The notes under the pieces were generated by a model. It saw only the letters and a program-made list of their open reading frames with translations. It searched no databases and was not told the DNA's origin. From Antedon mediterranea (Eukaryota; Animalia; Echinodermata), in NCBI RefSeq assembly GCF_964355755.1, contig NC_092675.1, positions 11,465,812 to 11,529,811 on the forward strand: 64,000 nt of DNA, given 5' to 3'. This document shows, one piece after another, positions 1 through 11,776 of the stretch. Both the position numbers and the translations under genes were made by a program. Every line of letters starts with the position of its first letter. Positions within the stretch are counted from its first letter, which is position 1.

Positions 1-161
1 ATGTGTATAAACAGAAAAGAGAATTTCAGCTCGGCTCAGCTCAGTGAGAATGCTGAAAGCAATAGATTTAAATGAAGAAGATATCATGTAGACTACTTTT
101 ATCCACACTGCTATAGACCTCATTCTATTTTTACTACATCTAATAATTCATTTGTATTTAG

Positions 162-264
162 ATCTATGATTCCAAGTTGGGAAGAACTACTACTGCTGAA
201 TGAAAGTTACCAATACCTAACCTGTTGTAAGGAGGGATATCCCAAAGTAATTGTGTTTTTTGAA
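162..264 (+). CDS. AHI1: AHI1 exon (SMIPSWEELLLLNESYQYLTCCKEGYPKVIVFFE)
   Basis: tttag acceptor ending 161, gtgagt donor at 265; matches jouberin PEWEE...PKVILFFE segment. Confidence 0.9.
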
Positions 265-294
265 GTGAGTACAAGTGTACACAAATATGTCATA

Positions 295-1085
295 ATATAC
301 AAATAATGAATGTTTATGAGTGTAATGATATAAATAATGGCATGAGGTGAATGATGAAGGGTTATATATCAATGAGGCAAAGCCGAGTTGATAGTTAACC
401 TTTCATCATTCACCAAATGCCATTATTTGTACCATTACACAAATATAAAACATTCATTATTTGTTTTATATAACATCTAAATAGATTCCTGTCATTTAAA
501 TCAAATAAAAAGTAGCCTTAGCCAAAGGCCTACAGTTGATTCACAATGATTAAAACAGTAACATTTGGTTTTTAATAATATTATATTAAATGTTATATTT
601 ATATGGATTTTATAAACACACCTACTTTAATGTTAATTATATCAACAAATGATCAAACAATCCTATGCATAGAAAGGCTAAAACGCCTAGGCTAGGCCTA
701 ATAGTAACAGGCCTAGGCTGAAAGGCAAAACTGACAACTGGAACTCATCTAGGCTAATTATGTTTTTTCCAGCGATTCCACCTCTTGTAGAGATGTTCCC
801 ATTAATCAAAATCCTACAAAATGATCTTTTTGATCTAAATTAGTACATATATTTTTCCAGAAATGTGCTTCCATCACGAAAAACCAGTCATAACATTCAA
901 ATCGCAGTGAAAGTAAAAAATAGGTGGCGCTGTTGTATTTAAAAAACAATAGTATAAAACAAAATATTTTCCCAACGCCAAAAAAAATACTATTAAACGA
1001 TTGTTTAATAGTGTGTACTATGCACGCCATGTGACCCACATTCGTCCAATCAAATGACGGGAATTTATTTAGGTGTTATAAATAA
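295..1085. mobile_element. Non-autonomous repeat, Crypton-like (related fragments at ~13050-13150 and ~47350-47530)
   Basis: Internal inverted repeats (aataatgaatgtttat/ataaaacattcattatt; tataacatctaaat...tcattt / aaatgac...atttaggtgttata) and the motif gaggc-n-agccgagttga recurring three times in the window. Confidence 0.4.
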
Positions 1086-1182
1086 ATTATGTATACATCA
1101 GATGTAAAGATGAAACAATATTTAATTGTTACCATTATTTCTAAACTATACAGCATACAGTGCCTTATAATTTTATTTTTAG

Positions 1183-1278
1183 ATTTTAGACTTTGTAAGC
1201 ATGAAATCTGTGAATGGTAAATCACGCACAGTTGCAAGGGAAGGGGGATGGCATCGTGTTGCTTGGGCATTTTTTAAG
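1183..1278 (+). CDS. AHI1: AHI1 exon (ILDFVSMKSVNGKSRTVAREGGWHRVAWAFFK)
   Basis: tttttag acceptor, gtaatg donor; phase 0-0; matches ILDF...IAWAFLK. Confidence 0.9.
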
Positions 1279-1426
1279 GTAATGGGGTTTGAAAATTGTT
1301 AGTAACAGTAATTTAAAAGTAATAGTAATTTAGACTTACTTATTGCAGCCATTTACAATGCAATGTATAAAGTACTGTATGTCAACAATCTTGTCACAAA
1401 TTCAATTTTTTCTTACTGCCAGTTAA

Positions 1427-4001
1427 GGGTCATTCCATCTCAGATCACCCAATGAGTTAAACCCTACCTCTTCCAATTTTGATGAAATTTGGTATATGGG
1501 TGATTCATAGCAATTAAAGCGAAAATTTCAAATTTTAACTTTATCGTACCAACGGTTTTCGAGATATAGCAATTTAAATTTTCGGTTTTTACGCAAAAAA
1601 GGGCGCGTCCGCCACGTTTCAAAGAGCTGTATCTCGGGAACTATAGGTTCGATTTTAAAAACAAAGGTATTTTTGTAAAGGGGAGACAATAAGGAATCTA
1701 AATATACTAATTGTGTGTGTTTTATGTTAATTTTAAGTTGAATAAAACTTTGACATATATTTTGACCTTGAAATTGACCCCGTGGAACACGCCCGATTTG
1801 TTGATGACCATCACGAAAAATGTAGCCCTACGTGTCAACTACAACATATAAAAAAATTGGAGGGGTTTTTTTCTTTGTTTCCATGAAATTACAATTTGAA
1901 GTTGACATACCTCTTCCTTTTAGTGTATTTTTGGTGTCTGTCCATGCATTACTTCAATGTCAATTTGATGTATTCCAAAAATAATTTTATTTACAAACTA
2001 AATATCATTATAATGTTACAATTGTCTATGTCTGGCCTTTACTCCTTGTCATCTGGCCAATTCAAACAGTATTTAGAAATGTTGTGGCGATCATTTTGGG
2101 AAATACTGTAATTCCTAGTCGAAGAGGATTTTATAAACGGAGAGGCTATAATACAATGTACATTTGATTCAGGAATCCAACAACAGTCTTCTTTGGACAG
2201 CCAATAAAAGGTTTTCGCTGGCCCATGAGGATGCATAAATTTAATTTGATAATCCCCAAACTCTTCTGAGACATCCACAACCAAACCAATCCATGGGACA
2301 CCATCATAACTACAGCACACAAAATTCTGAAGTCTAATAATGGTGGGTTGTGTATCAGCAACAATTTAATTTTCATCACTGAAAGATTCTTGAATCACAA
2401 CCACATCCGGAGGGTTTATCTGGGTACTAAGTTTGTAGACCTGCATCTGTGCCAGAGAAACAGGAGCAAAGCGATGATATTGTAATGTACCCTTGATGGT
2501 CTGGGTGAGGTTGAATCTTGGCTTTATTTCTTTTTCCACAGTAGATACCTCATCTATTCCCACATGAAAAAAGTTGATGCCTGGAATGTCCATATGAGCG
2601 AGTCATATGGCCGAGCGGTTAAGGCAGGGGTGCCGTTTACCGTACCTAAAGAGCCAAGAACAACATCGGCAAGGGTTCGAGGCCGACTCGCTCCTAGTTC
2701 TGGTGGTGGAACAAGTCTTCTCGGATAAGGACTATAAACCGTAGGTCCAGTGTACACAGTTATAACCTGTGTGTACTTTAAAGAACCCAGTTCATTATTC
2801 GAAAAAGAGTAGGGGTTACCCCAGTGAACTGGTTCACACAATAGCCCCTGTATCAGGGGGATTACCACCTATCTGATAGGACACTGATTAGTTCACTATT
2901 GGTAATCCTTGGCCACATTGCCTAAAGACATAAAATAAAAATTAAAAATTACACAGTAGTCGAACATACTGAGAGATGTGAGAATATGACATTCAGTCAA
3001 ACGCTGTAAGCTTCTCTTAGTGACAAGCCTCTTAACTGTTCCACCTATGCCATCACATGCACTCTTGCCATGTGATGTAGCGAAAAAATTCCACTCGGCG
3101 TCTAAACCAAAATCTTCCTGGTGGTGGCAAAGGTTAATAAAGTTATATTTGTTTTTGCATTGGCTGCCACATCCATCTGTGAAATAATGAACTTTTTTCA
3201 TGGTTGGTAGTTTTGTTTTTAAATAGGGGATGACAACCTTTAAAAAGGCCTATACAGTTAACTGTTGTATGTTCTCTGCAATCACTTATTATGCATATGT
3301 TAATGTGCATAATAACATAGTAAGGACACTAAACTATGTGTCAAAATTGATTTGAAAAGTATGTGAGTTACCCAGTATTTCTCATATCAAAATATATCTA
3401 CTGTTTAAGTGGGCCTGATGAGAAAGCGTAACAATAAGACACCTTAACAGTTAGTGTTCACACTGTGTATAAAGTATAACAACACCAAAAATACACTAAA
3501 AGGAAGAGGTATGTCAACTTCAAATTGTAATTTCATGGAAACAAACAAAAAAACCCCTCCAATTTTTTTATATGTTGTAGTTGACACGTAGGGCTACATT
3601 TTTCGTGATAGTCACCAACAAATCGGGCGTGTTCCACGGGGTCAATTTCAAGGTCAAAATATATGTCAAAGTTTTATTCAACTTAAAATTAACATAAAAC
3701 ACACACAATTAGTATATTTAGGTTCCTTATGGTCTCCCCTTTACAAAAATACCTTTGTTTTTAAAATCGAACCTATAGTTCCCGAGATACAGCTCTTTGA
3801 AACGTGGCGGCCGCGCCTTTTTTTGCGTAAAAAACGAAAATTTAAATTGCGATATCTCAAAAACCGTTGGTCCGATAAAGTTAAAATTTGAAATTTTGGC
3901 TTTAATTGCTATGAATCACCCATATACCAAATTTCATCAAAATTGGAAGAGGTAGGGTTTAAAATTCCATTTTTTTTGGGTGAACTGAGATGGAATGACC
4001 C
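1427..4001 (-). mobile_element. Sola3-type DNA transposon, internally deleted, with transposase remnants
   Basis: TTAA on both sides, GGGTCATTCC termini, ~510-bp TIRs (1427-~1937 / ~3482-4001); minus-strand ORFs with TDGCGSQCKN...FFATSHGKSACDGIGG. Confidence 0.75.
2596..2952 (+). mobile_element. tRNA-derived SINE with Deu/Nin-type core, inserted in the Sola3 transposase
   Basis: A box tggccgagcggttaagg, B box ggttcgaggcc, core tcttctcggataaggactataaaccgtaggtcc...aaagaaccc...gaaaaagagtagggg, A-rich tail. Confidence 0.7.
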
Positions 4002-4033
4002 TTAAGTTGAATTATTTATGTTTTTGCTTACAG

Positions 4034-4132
4034 GTGCTTGGTTCAAACAAAACACTCAACACAGAGAAGAAAGTGCGTTTACAGCTTTTTCACCCACCAT
4101 TTCATTTCAAAACAAAACCAGAACAAGTAGAT
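4034..4132 (+). CDS. AHI1: AHI1 exon (VLGSNKTLNTEKKVRLQLFHPPFHFKTKPEQVD)
   Basis: ttacag acceptor, gtaagc donor; matches LLGANG...KLRLQLYYPP. Confidence 0.9.
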
Positions 4133-4289
4133 GTAAGCATTTCAGACTTCATTCATGATCCTCTATGCTAAGAACAATTATTAAATCTAAAAAGAGACAA
4201 ATAAAAACCCACCTTGTTTTCTCCAGAAATATTAAAAAAAAAAAAAAACACTGACAATATGAATGGCAATAGAAATATGCACACAAAAT

Positions 4290-5819
4290 GAGGCATGGCT
4301 TCACAAAATCGGCGTAGTGTGGGAAATAATAATTTTTTAGATTTTTATATATTCGTAATCTATATTGAATAAGCTTTAAAATGAGCCGTTGTTGATGAAA
4401 ACATACAAGTAACTTTCTAGCTCAGGAAATCTTCATTTTGAGAAAATCAACAATGAAGTAGTGACGCTGATTAGCTTAGCCTGGCCAGGGAGTTGTTATT
4501 ACCGTACTGACGCGGGTATAAGCCCATACTCGGGTATAAGCCCACCCCCGACTTTTGACTAATTTTCATGAAAAATGAGGCACTCGGGTATAAGCCCACC
4601 CATTAATTCGAAGATCTACAGTGTGTGTAGTAATACATTATTTTGTATTTGGCGACGTCCATACACCGAATACACCTACCTTTGATCATAACCAAGCTAG
4701 GCTAATATACGGTAGGCCATATGAGGCCTAGCGGTCCTGTTTTGTATACACTCCATCGCGGTCGAAGATCGCTTCACACACGACGCTACAAGTCGCCAAA
4801 ACGGAAAACCACTATTTGGTATCGGCTGCCATAAACAAGCTTATTAAATTTCTTTGGTACATTTCTATTTAACGAACATTGTATACTTGCTTTTCTGCTT
4901 GATAAATTCTTGTTCAATTGATGTTTAAAATAAGATATTCTACGATAAATTACACGAACTATAAGCTTAATTTTCCGACACTCTACACCTCGTGTATTTT
5001 AGAGGCAACGTCGTACACGTGAGGGCGCTCACACACAGTGTACATGTGCTGTTTTTGACGATCTGCATTTTTGGATCCTCGGGTATAAGCCCACCCCCAA
5101 AACTTGACGTGATTTTATGTTCAAGGGGGGTGGGCTTATACCCGCGTCAGTACGGTAATAACAACTCCCTGGCCTGGCCAAGCCCGCCAATCAACGCGGC
5201 AAGACTCTCTGTCAAAACTCGCTATTTTCTTCTCAATAACGGCAAACTAGTCGAAAATATATCACTGTGTGATACATAATGTTATATTTTTTGTTATTTT
5301 TAAAAAATATATGGATAGAAATAACGATTAACTTCCTAAATATTTACAAAATGTTGAAACGTTCATTCGAGAAACTATGGTGGAAGCCATGCTGTTTCAT
5401 CGTAAACAAAAGCGTCAGCCAATCAGAGAGCGTAATTTATCTCTATAGCCTAACACCTTAATAAAACCAATTTCCATTGGCTAGATAAAAATTATGGTAG
5501 CTGATATATTTTCAAAGAGATAGGTACCAAACGGTTTGCTTACAAAAGCGCCGTAAAGAAAGTTGATTTTTGAGTGAACAAAAATACAATTTCCTAATGA
5601 TTTTCAATGGAAACGACTTCAATAATTGCAAAATACACATACTTGTGATATTTTTTTATGAACAAGAGTTTGATAAGTTAAAGATAAATGTTTATAGTAT
5701 GGTTTTTTATTGAAATTTTAAAATGGATAGGTTAGGGGTTTTTTCAAATTCTGAACTTCAAGGCTAAATATCTCAAGTTCGGGTTGCGATTCTGCGGCGC
5801 TTTTGTGATGCCAGGCCTC
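4290..5819. mobile_element. Non-autonomous Sola2-like element
   Basis: GAGGC(A/C)TGGC(T/A)TCACAAAA TIRs with GAG...CTC termini and 4-bp TSD AAAT (4286-4289 / 5820-5823). Confidence 0.65.
4502..5155. mobile_element. Tc1/mariner-type MITE nested in the Sola2-like element
   Basis: TIR CCGTACTGACGCGGGTATAAGCCCA, TA TSD, subterminal gggtataagcccacccc repeats. Confidence 0.8.
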
Positions 5820-6422
5820 AAATAAACACTGACAATAGACAGAACGGCAAATATCAATTTCTTATGATCTGGTTCAATTCTATCTGGCTCTGCTACCTCT
5901 CACATGTATGTTCTATTCCAGCAAAATTTATATTCAAATTATATAAACAGAGCGAGAGGTTCCTATTATTATTATTATCATTTATTTACCATACTGTTGT
6001 TTACTTAATAATCAGAATAATTTATATTTTATGCAATTGGTATTGCACCTATATTTTCTAGTGAAAGTGTATAGAATATAAATAACAATCTTTTAATAAT
6101 AAAAGTTATTAAATTATTATTATTAAAACTATCTAAATAAACACAACATGCATAGAAATCAATTCTAAACTGCCCGGTGATACACTGAAAATTATTTAAT
6201 TAATTTTGAAACGATAAAGATGAGGAAATCTGTGAGAATGAGAAAAAGTTGCCTGATATGCATATATATATCCAAAGGCAAATTACTGAAAAAAGGATGT
6301 GGGTATCAGCGGCTGGATTTCAATGGAGCGAAAAGCTAAATCAAAACGATAAAGTAAAACAGCCAGAAAAGTTAGCAGAGCTTTCGGGCAACACTAGCCC
6401 TTCAGCAGTGCATATATATGCA

Positions 6423-8062
6423 CATTCTGTTATCGAATGGTATAAGAACATTCAAAACAAGGAGAAGCACTCGTTTATTTGCTTCGACATAGTTGATTTC
6501 TACCCGTCAATAACCATTGACCTACTTAAAAAGCCCTTGAATTCGCCTCCGAGTTTGAAGCAATCTCTGATGAAGAAACAAATATTATTATCCAAGCGAA
6601 AAAGTCACTCCTTTTCCATGATAACGCTACATGGTGCAAAAAAGGAACTGAAAACCAACCTGTGTTTGACGTCACAATGGGAAGGTTTGACGGTGCTGAA
6701 ACCTGTGAAATCGTAGGTACATATCTTTTGTCGCAACTGTCTAACAAATATGGCAACCAAATTGGTCTATACCGCGACGATGGCCTAGCTGCGTTTCGCG
6801 AATCAGCCAAAATGATTGAGCTAATCAAGAAAGATATTTGTAAGGTTTTCCAGGAGAACAACCTCAAGCTAACAATTGATGCTAACAAGAAAATAGTCAA
6901 TTATTTGGATGTAACGTTCGACCTAAGGACAGGGATCTTCCGACCTTTCACTAAGCCTAATAACAAACCAACCTACGTGCACCATGACAGCAACCATCCT
7001 CCATCTATTATCCGCAACATCCCACTTGCTATAAATAGACGCCTTTCTGACATCTCATAAGGCAAAGATACATTTCATGCATCTGCACCCCTATACCAGG
7101 AAGCCCTCAAAGAAAGCGGATACAATCATCAACTTGAGTTCAATGCTGAACAGCAGAAGCCCAAAAAATCGCATACCAGAAACATAATTTGGTTTAACCC
7201 ACCATTCAGCAAAAACGTAGCAACCAACATCGGCCACAAGTTTTTAGCTATAGTAGAAGATTGTTTTCCTGCCGGCAACAAGCTCAGAAAAATATTTAAC
7301 AGAAATACCTTTGAAACTAAGCTACAGTTGCATGCCCAGCGTAGACAAAGTAATTAACGCACACAACAAAATAATGTGATAGCCAAAGAAAAGTCTACTG
7401 AAACCAACGCAAAACAAGCGGATGTAACTGCCGCAATCCCAATGAATGCCCGCTCCCAGATAACTGCCTAACAAAAGGTGTAGTTTACAGTAAAGAGAGA
7501 AGATTCATCAAAAGAAGAAACAAATGTCGGACTAACTGAAAACCAGTTTAAAACCAGATACAGAAACCATACGTCTTCATTCCGGAACGAAAAACTAAGA
7601 AACGCAACGGAACTCAGTAAATATATGGACACTTAAAGACTCTAAAACAAATTACTCAATTAAATGGAAAATTATAAAGAAATGCAAACCTTACTCAAAT
7701 ATTAACAAAAGATGTAATTTATGTATATACATAGAGATATTATAGTGAACTATAATATCTCTATGGTATATATGAAAAGTATATTATTATATGTCAACCA
7801 GAGCTATGCTCACTGAACCGTAAAAACGAGTTAGTCTTAGGAAAAAATTCTTACTAAATTGCAGATCCAAATAGTTTATCTAAATCTAAAACAATAGGCT
7901 ATTGTATACGACTTCCTGATGACTCACTTCTATTAAGCACTATGAGACAACTGTGTCACTTATGTTTTATATTTCACCTGAAGAGTGCGGCCAGCTACAT
8001 GCTGGTCGTACGAAACAAATTTGTAGTGATTAAAACAATGAAGTAACCAAGTTTTCTGCTGT

Positions 8063-8070
<8 letters not shown>
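6423..8070 (+). mobile_element. Penelope-like retroelement (YRDD RT + GIY-YIG; probably Nematis-type), 5'-truncated and frameshifted
   Basis: [34 protein letters not shown]-terminal GIY-YIG remnants; bounded by (TA)n; near-identical to the inverted copy at 35083-38160. Confidence 0.88.
7974..8029 (+). ncRNA. Type I hammerhead ribozyme in the Penelope 3' pseudo-LTR (second copy 8311-8366)
   Basis: TCAC-CTGAAGA-[GTGCGGCCAGC/GCTGGTCGTAC stem II]-GAAAC-AAATTT-GTA-GTGA; palindromic stem III (ACAAATTTGT). Confidence 0.85.
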
Positions 8071-8106
<36 letters not shown>

Positions 8107-8110
<4 letters not shown>

Positions 8111-9100
8111 CCAAAGGCAAATTACTGAAAAAAATGACAATGCTGTGGGTATCAGTGGCTGGATCTCAATGGAGATACAAAAATAAAAAGCGAAAAGCTA
8201 AATCAAAACGATAAAGTAAACAGCCAGAAAAGTTAGCAGAGCTAACGACTTCCTGATGACTCACTTCTATTAAGCACTATGAGACAACTGTGTCACTTAT
8301 GTTTTATATTTCACCTGAAGAGTGCGGCCAGCTACATGCTGGTCGTACGAAACAAATTTGTAGTAATTAAAACAATGAAGTAACCAAGTTTTCTGCTGTT
8401 ATTTTATATATATATATATAGATATATAAATCCAAAGGCAAATTACTGAAAAAATGACAATGCTGTGGGTATCAGTAGCTGAATCTCAATGGAGATACAA
8501 ATTAAATGCGAAAAGCTAAATCAAAACGAGAAGTAAAACAGCCAGAAAAGTTAGCAGAGCTTTCGGGCAACACTAGCCCTTCATCAATGCAAGTGAAGGA
8601 ATTTGGATAACGTCATAGTATAAAGCTGGCAAGTGCTGCCTGGGTGGATAGGAATAAAAGAAATATAAATGGTGACGATACCTGACACGTTTCTCGGACA
8701 GGCGACGTAATTTGGTAAAGTTATCCAAAGTACCCTCCAGGATTACAGCAAAATCAGATCAAAATTGATACAAACAGTAGAAAATATATATAAATCCAAA
8801 GGCCAATTACTAAAAAAATGACAATGCTGTGGGTATCAGTGGCTGGATCTCAATGGAGATACAAATTTAAAGCGAAAAGCTAAATCAAAACGAGAAGTAA
8901 AACAGCCAGAAAATTATATATATATATATATATATCATTTGCACTGATGAAGGGCTAGTGTTGCCCGAAAGCTCTGCTAACTTTTCTGGCTCTTTTACTT
9001 TATCGTTTTGATTTAGCTTTTCGGTTTTTTTTGTGTGTCTCCATTGAGATCTAGCCACTGATACCCACAGCATTGTCATATTTTCAGTAATTTGCCTTTA
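8107..9100. repeat. Cluster of direct and inverted copies of a second Penelope-associated terminal repeat (further copies 6270-6412, 11036-11128)
   Basis: Unit aaatccaaaggcaaattactgaaaaaatgacaatgctgtgggtatcag... at 8107, 8428, 8793 and inverted at 8937-9100, separated by (TA)n. Confidence 0.8.
8941..8977 (+). ncRNA. Minimal hammerhead ribozyme (variant copies on minus strand at 6375-6411 and 8554-8590)
   Basis: GCA-CTGATGA-A-GGGC-tagtgtt-GCCC-GAAA-GCTC-TGC; stem III reduced to palindromic AGCT. Confidence 0.7.
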
Positions 9101-9134
9101 TATATGTGGTGGTATATATATGTGGTTCTGCCAC

Positions 9135-11128
9135 TGCTATGGACATCAAATTTTACGAAGAGGAGTCCTTAAGACAGCTAGACTATCCTCTTTATTATCG
9201 TAAACTTACAACAGATCCCACCACGGAAATTTTGGATAAGGTGGCAAAATCTGTTTCTGTGATGGTAAAAAAACACTCCATCGATCGTAAGATTGGACCT
9301 CATTGGCACAGGTTAATCCAGTTTACCTAATAATTCTGTTCTGGCTACATTAGATGTTTCATCATTGTATATAAATATCCCTCACGAAGAAGGAGCCGAC
9401 ACAAGCATTTTAAATTAAAAATTCCGACCAAAACGCCTACTAAAGCCATTTATAAGAACAATTTTATTTTTGGCAATTACCATTACCTCCAAATTCATGG
9501 CACAGCGATGGGCACAAAAATGGCGGCATCTTTTTATGAGGCCAATTTTCTGTCCTTCCAACCTAATAAACCACTTGTTTGGTTTAGATACATTGAAGAC
9601 ATCTTCATGATCTGAACCCATGGTGAAGATAATGTGAATTAATTTCTTCTGAATATTAATTACAGCTACTAAATCCACTAGTTGACTTTTTCGACACTAT
9701 AGTGACCATAGAAAATGGTACACTCAAAACTGACCTATTACGTAAACCCACGGATAAAAATATGTACCTGCTACCTAGCAGTTGTCATTCCTGACACTGT
9801 ACCAAAAACATACCGTACAGTCAAGCATTACGTATCAGACGTATCTGTTCTTCAGATTTAGATTTTCAGAATCAACACTGAAATCACACGAGTTCAAGAA
9901 ACTAAATTTTGAGGCGTTACCATTGACTCAAAATTGTCGTGGAAATTACACATTAATAATATTACTAATGTTGTGTCAGGGAATATAGGTGTAATCAACA
10001 AATTGAAACGTTATCTTCCCATTAATATACTCTTTATTTTATACAATGCATTAGTACTTCCCTTCATTTCTTATTGTAATATTGCCTGGTCCGGTTCACT
10101 AAATAAGTTCGGAAACTTATGCCCCTGGACAAGCTTCGAAACCACTTATATTGATGGTTTATTTAAATTACAAAAAAGAGTCATTCGAATCTGTTCAGGG
10201 GCTGATTTCAACTCTCATTCTAAGCCCTTATTTTATAACCTGAAGGTCCTAAATATATTCGACATCAATAAGCTACAAACTGCTATTTTTATGTTTCGAT
10301 TATCATAAAACTCTCTTCCAACCCATATCACTTCCCTCTTTAGCAAAACATCCACCTATCACAATTATCCAACGCGTTTTTCATCATCTAATTTTCACCC
10401 AAAATTTCGTCCCTCACTAATTACCAGTAACTCTATACTACTGTATACCTTGGCCCCAAATTATGGGAACAACCACCAATTCAGCTAAAATCTAAGAGCC
10501 GTAGCCAGTTTTAAAATCACTTATAAGCAATCACTAATTAACAACTACTGTACATTTCCTAATTTATCTTTTTTGAAATCTGTTTTGTTGATTTTACAGT
10601 AAATAGGCCTAACCATGTATTAGTTAGTTTTAACTTTTTTGGCATAATTACTTGATAATATTCAATGTTTTTTATATATTTTTTTCCTTATTATATTTTT
10701 TTTGTCGTCAATATTTTATATTTATTAGTTTTCTTGTCATGTCGACAACTGTTCAGGTGGTCAATGCTTAAAGTAATTTTTACTTATTTTGATATCCTTT
10801 CACACATTGTCTTCTTTTTTCTTTTCTTATAGTTTATATATCTGTTCCTTTTGTTCAATGTGTGGAAAATAAATAAATGAAACAAACAAACAAGCAGGCG
10901 TTTGCGGCAAAACTTGTTCATTGGTTGACTCTACTGAAAACTTTAAGAATAACCAAACTGGCCGCATTTTTTGGATAAGACAATCAATTAATTGTCTAAC
11001 CAAAAACTTCATTTAACTCATATACTGTAATATTTGTTTTGATTTAGCTTTTTTTTGTATCTCCATTGAGATCCAGCCACTGATATCCACAGCATTGTCA
11101 TTTTTTCAGTATTTTGTCTTTGGGTTTA
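9135..11128 (+). mobile_element. Decayed Neptune-like Penelope RT/EN remnant, split by a LINE fragment
   Basis: Fragments [57 protein letters not shown], and after the LINE a Cys-rich INCLTKN..LIYCNIC piece. Confidence 0.7.
9855..10892 (+). mobile_element. 3' fragment of a CR1/L2-group LINE
   Basis: ORF 9934..10308 (LYNALVLPFISYCNIAW...LQKRVIRI...LKVLNIFDI), ends in aaataaataaatgaaacaaacaaacaa tail. Confidence 0.75.
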
Positions 11129-11146
11129 TATATAAATATATTCAAT

Positions 11147-11191
11147 CTGCAGACAGTACTGTTTCAATCTTATTAGATCTCGTCAGTGCAG
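11147..11191 (-). ncRNA. Type I hammerhead ribozyme (third family)
   Basis: Minus strand: CTGCA-CTGACGA-GATC-taataa-GATT-GAAAC-AGTACT-GTC-TGCAG; 5-bp stem I, palindromic stem III, GUC cleavage triplet. Confidence 0.85.
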
Positions 11192-11219
11192 CTCAGGTTT
11201 CGAAATGAAATGTACCGCA

Positions 11220-11250
<31 letters not shown>

Positions 11251-11253
<3 letters not shown>

Positions 11254-11595
11254 TCGGAGATCCCGCCTCGTGAATAAAAATACTGAAAGATGAGGGCGTA
11301 TCAATTTGATCTCTGTTGCGCGTGCGTACAACTGGGGACTAGTGCTGTTCCGCCGTACCACGCCGAGAATGTTAAAGAGTCGCTATTTAATCGAGTTTGA
11401 ACAATACCATGAAAGCCCCAGTGGTCTAATGGTTAGGGCAACTGCATATCAAGCAGACGGTCCTAGTTCGAGTCTCGGTTGGGGTGACTTTTTCTCATTC
11501 TCACAGATTTCCTCATCTTTATCGTTTCAAATTAATTAATTAAAATTCAGTATACCACCGGGCGGTTTAGAATTAATGTTCTTTGCCTGCTGTGT
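11251..11595 (+). mobile_element. (TA)n-flanked repeat with internal tRNA-like segment (11415-11486); copies at 34856-35078 (-) and ~6155-6255 (-, partial)
   Basis: A/B boxes (gtggtctaatggttagg; agttcgagtct) preceded by ~160 bp of element sequence and followed by a conserved tail found three times in the window. Confidence 0.7.
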
Positions 11596-11776
11596 TATAT
11601 ATATATATAGTTATTTGTGCAGTTTATTTGTGCAGGTATATATATATTATATATATATTTATTTATTGAATGTAGTACAGTACTTAACATTGTCATACAC
11701 TTTAACAATGGTACAGTCCATAATGGGTGAGTATTGTCCGGGTGGTTATTGTCCAATTTCCTATTTATTTGTGCAG

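Noticed and set aside
8670-8720. Fourth hammerhead (gaaacgtgtc on minus strand)
   Set aside because: No CUGANGA core or stem II upstream.
11415-11486. Functional tRNA gene (also 34967-35038, 2600-2690, 57361-57430)
   Set aside because: Mismatched stems, odd anticodon loops and embedding in repeated elements; these are tRNA-derived repeat parts.
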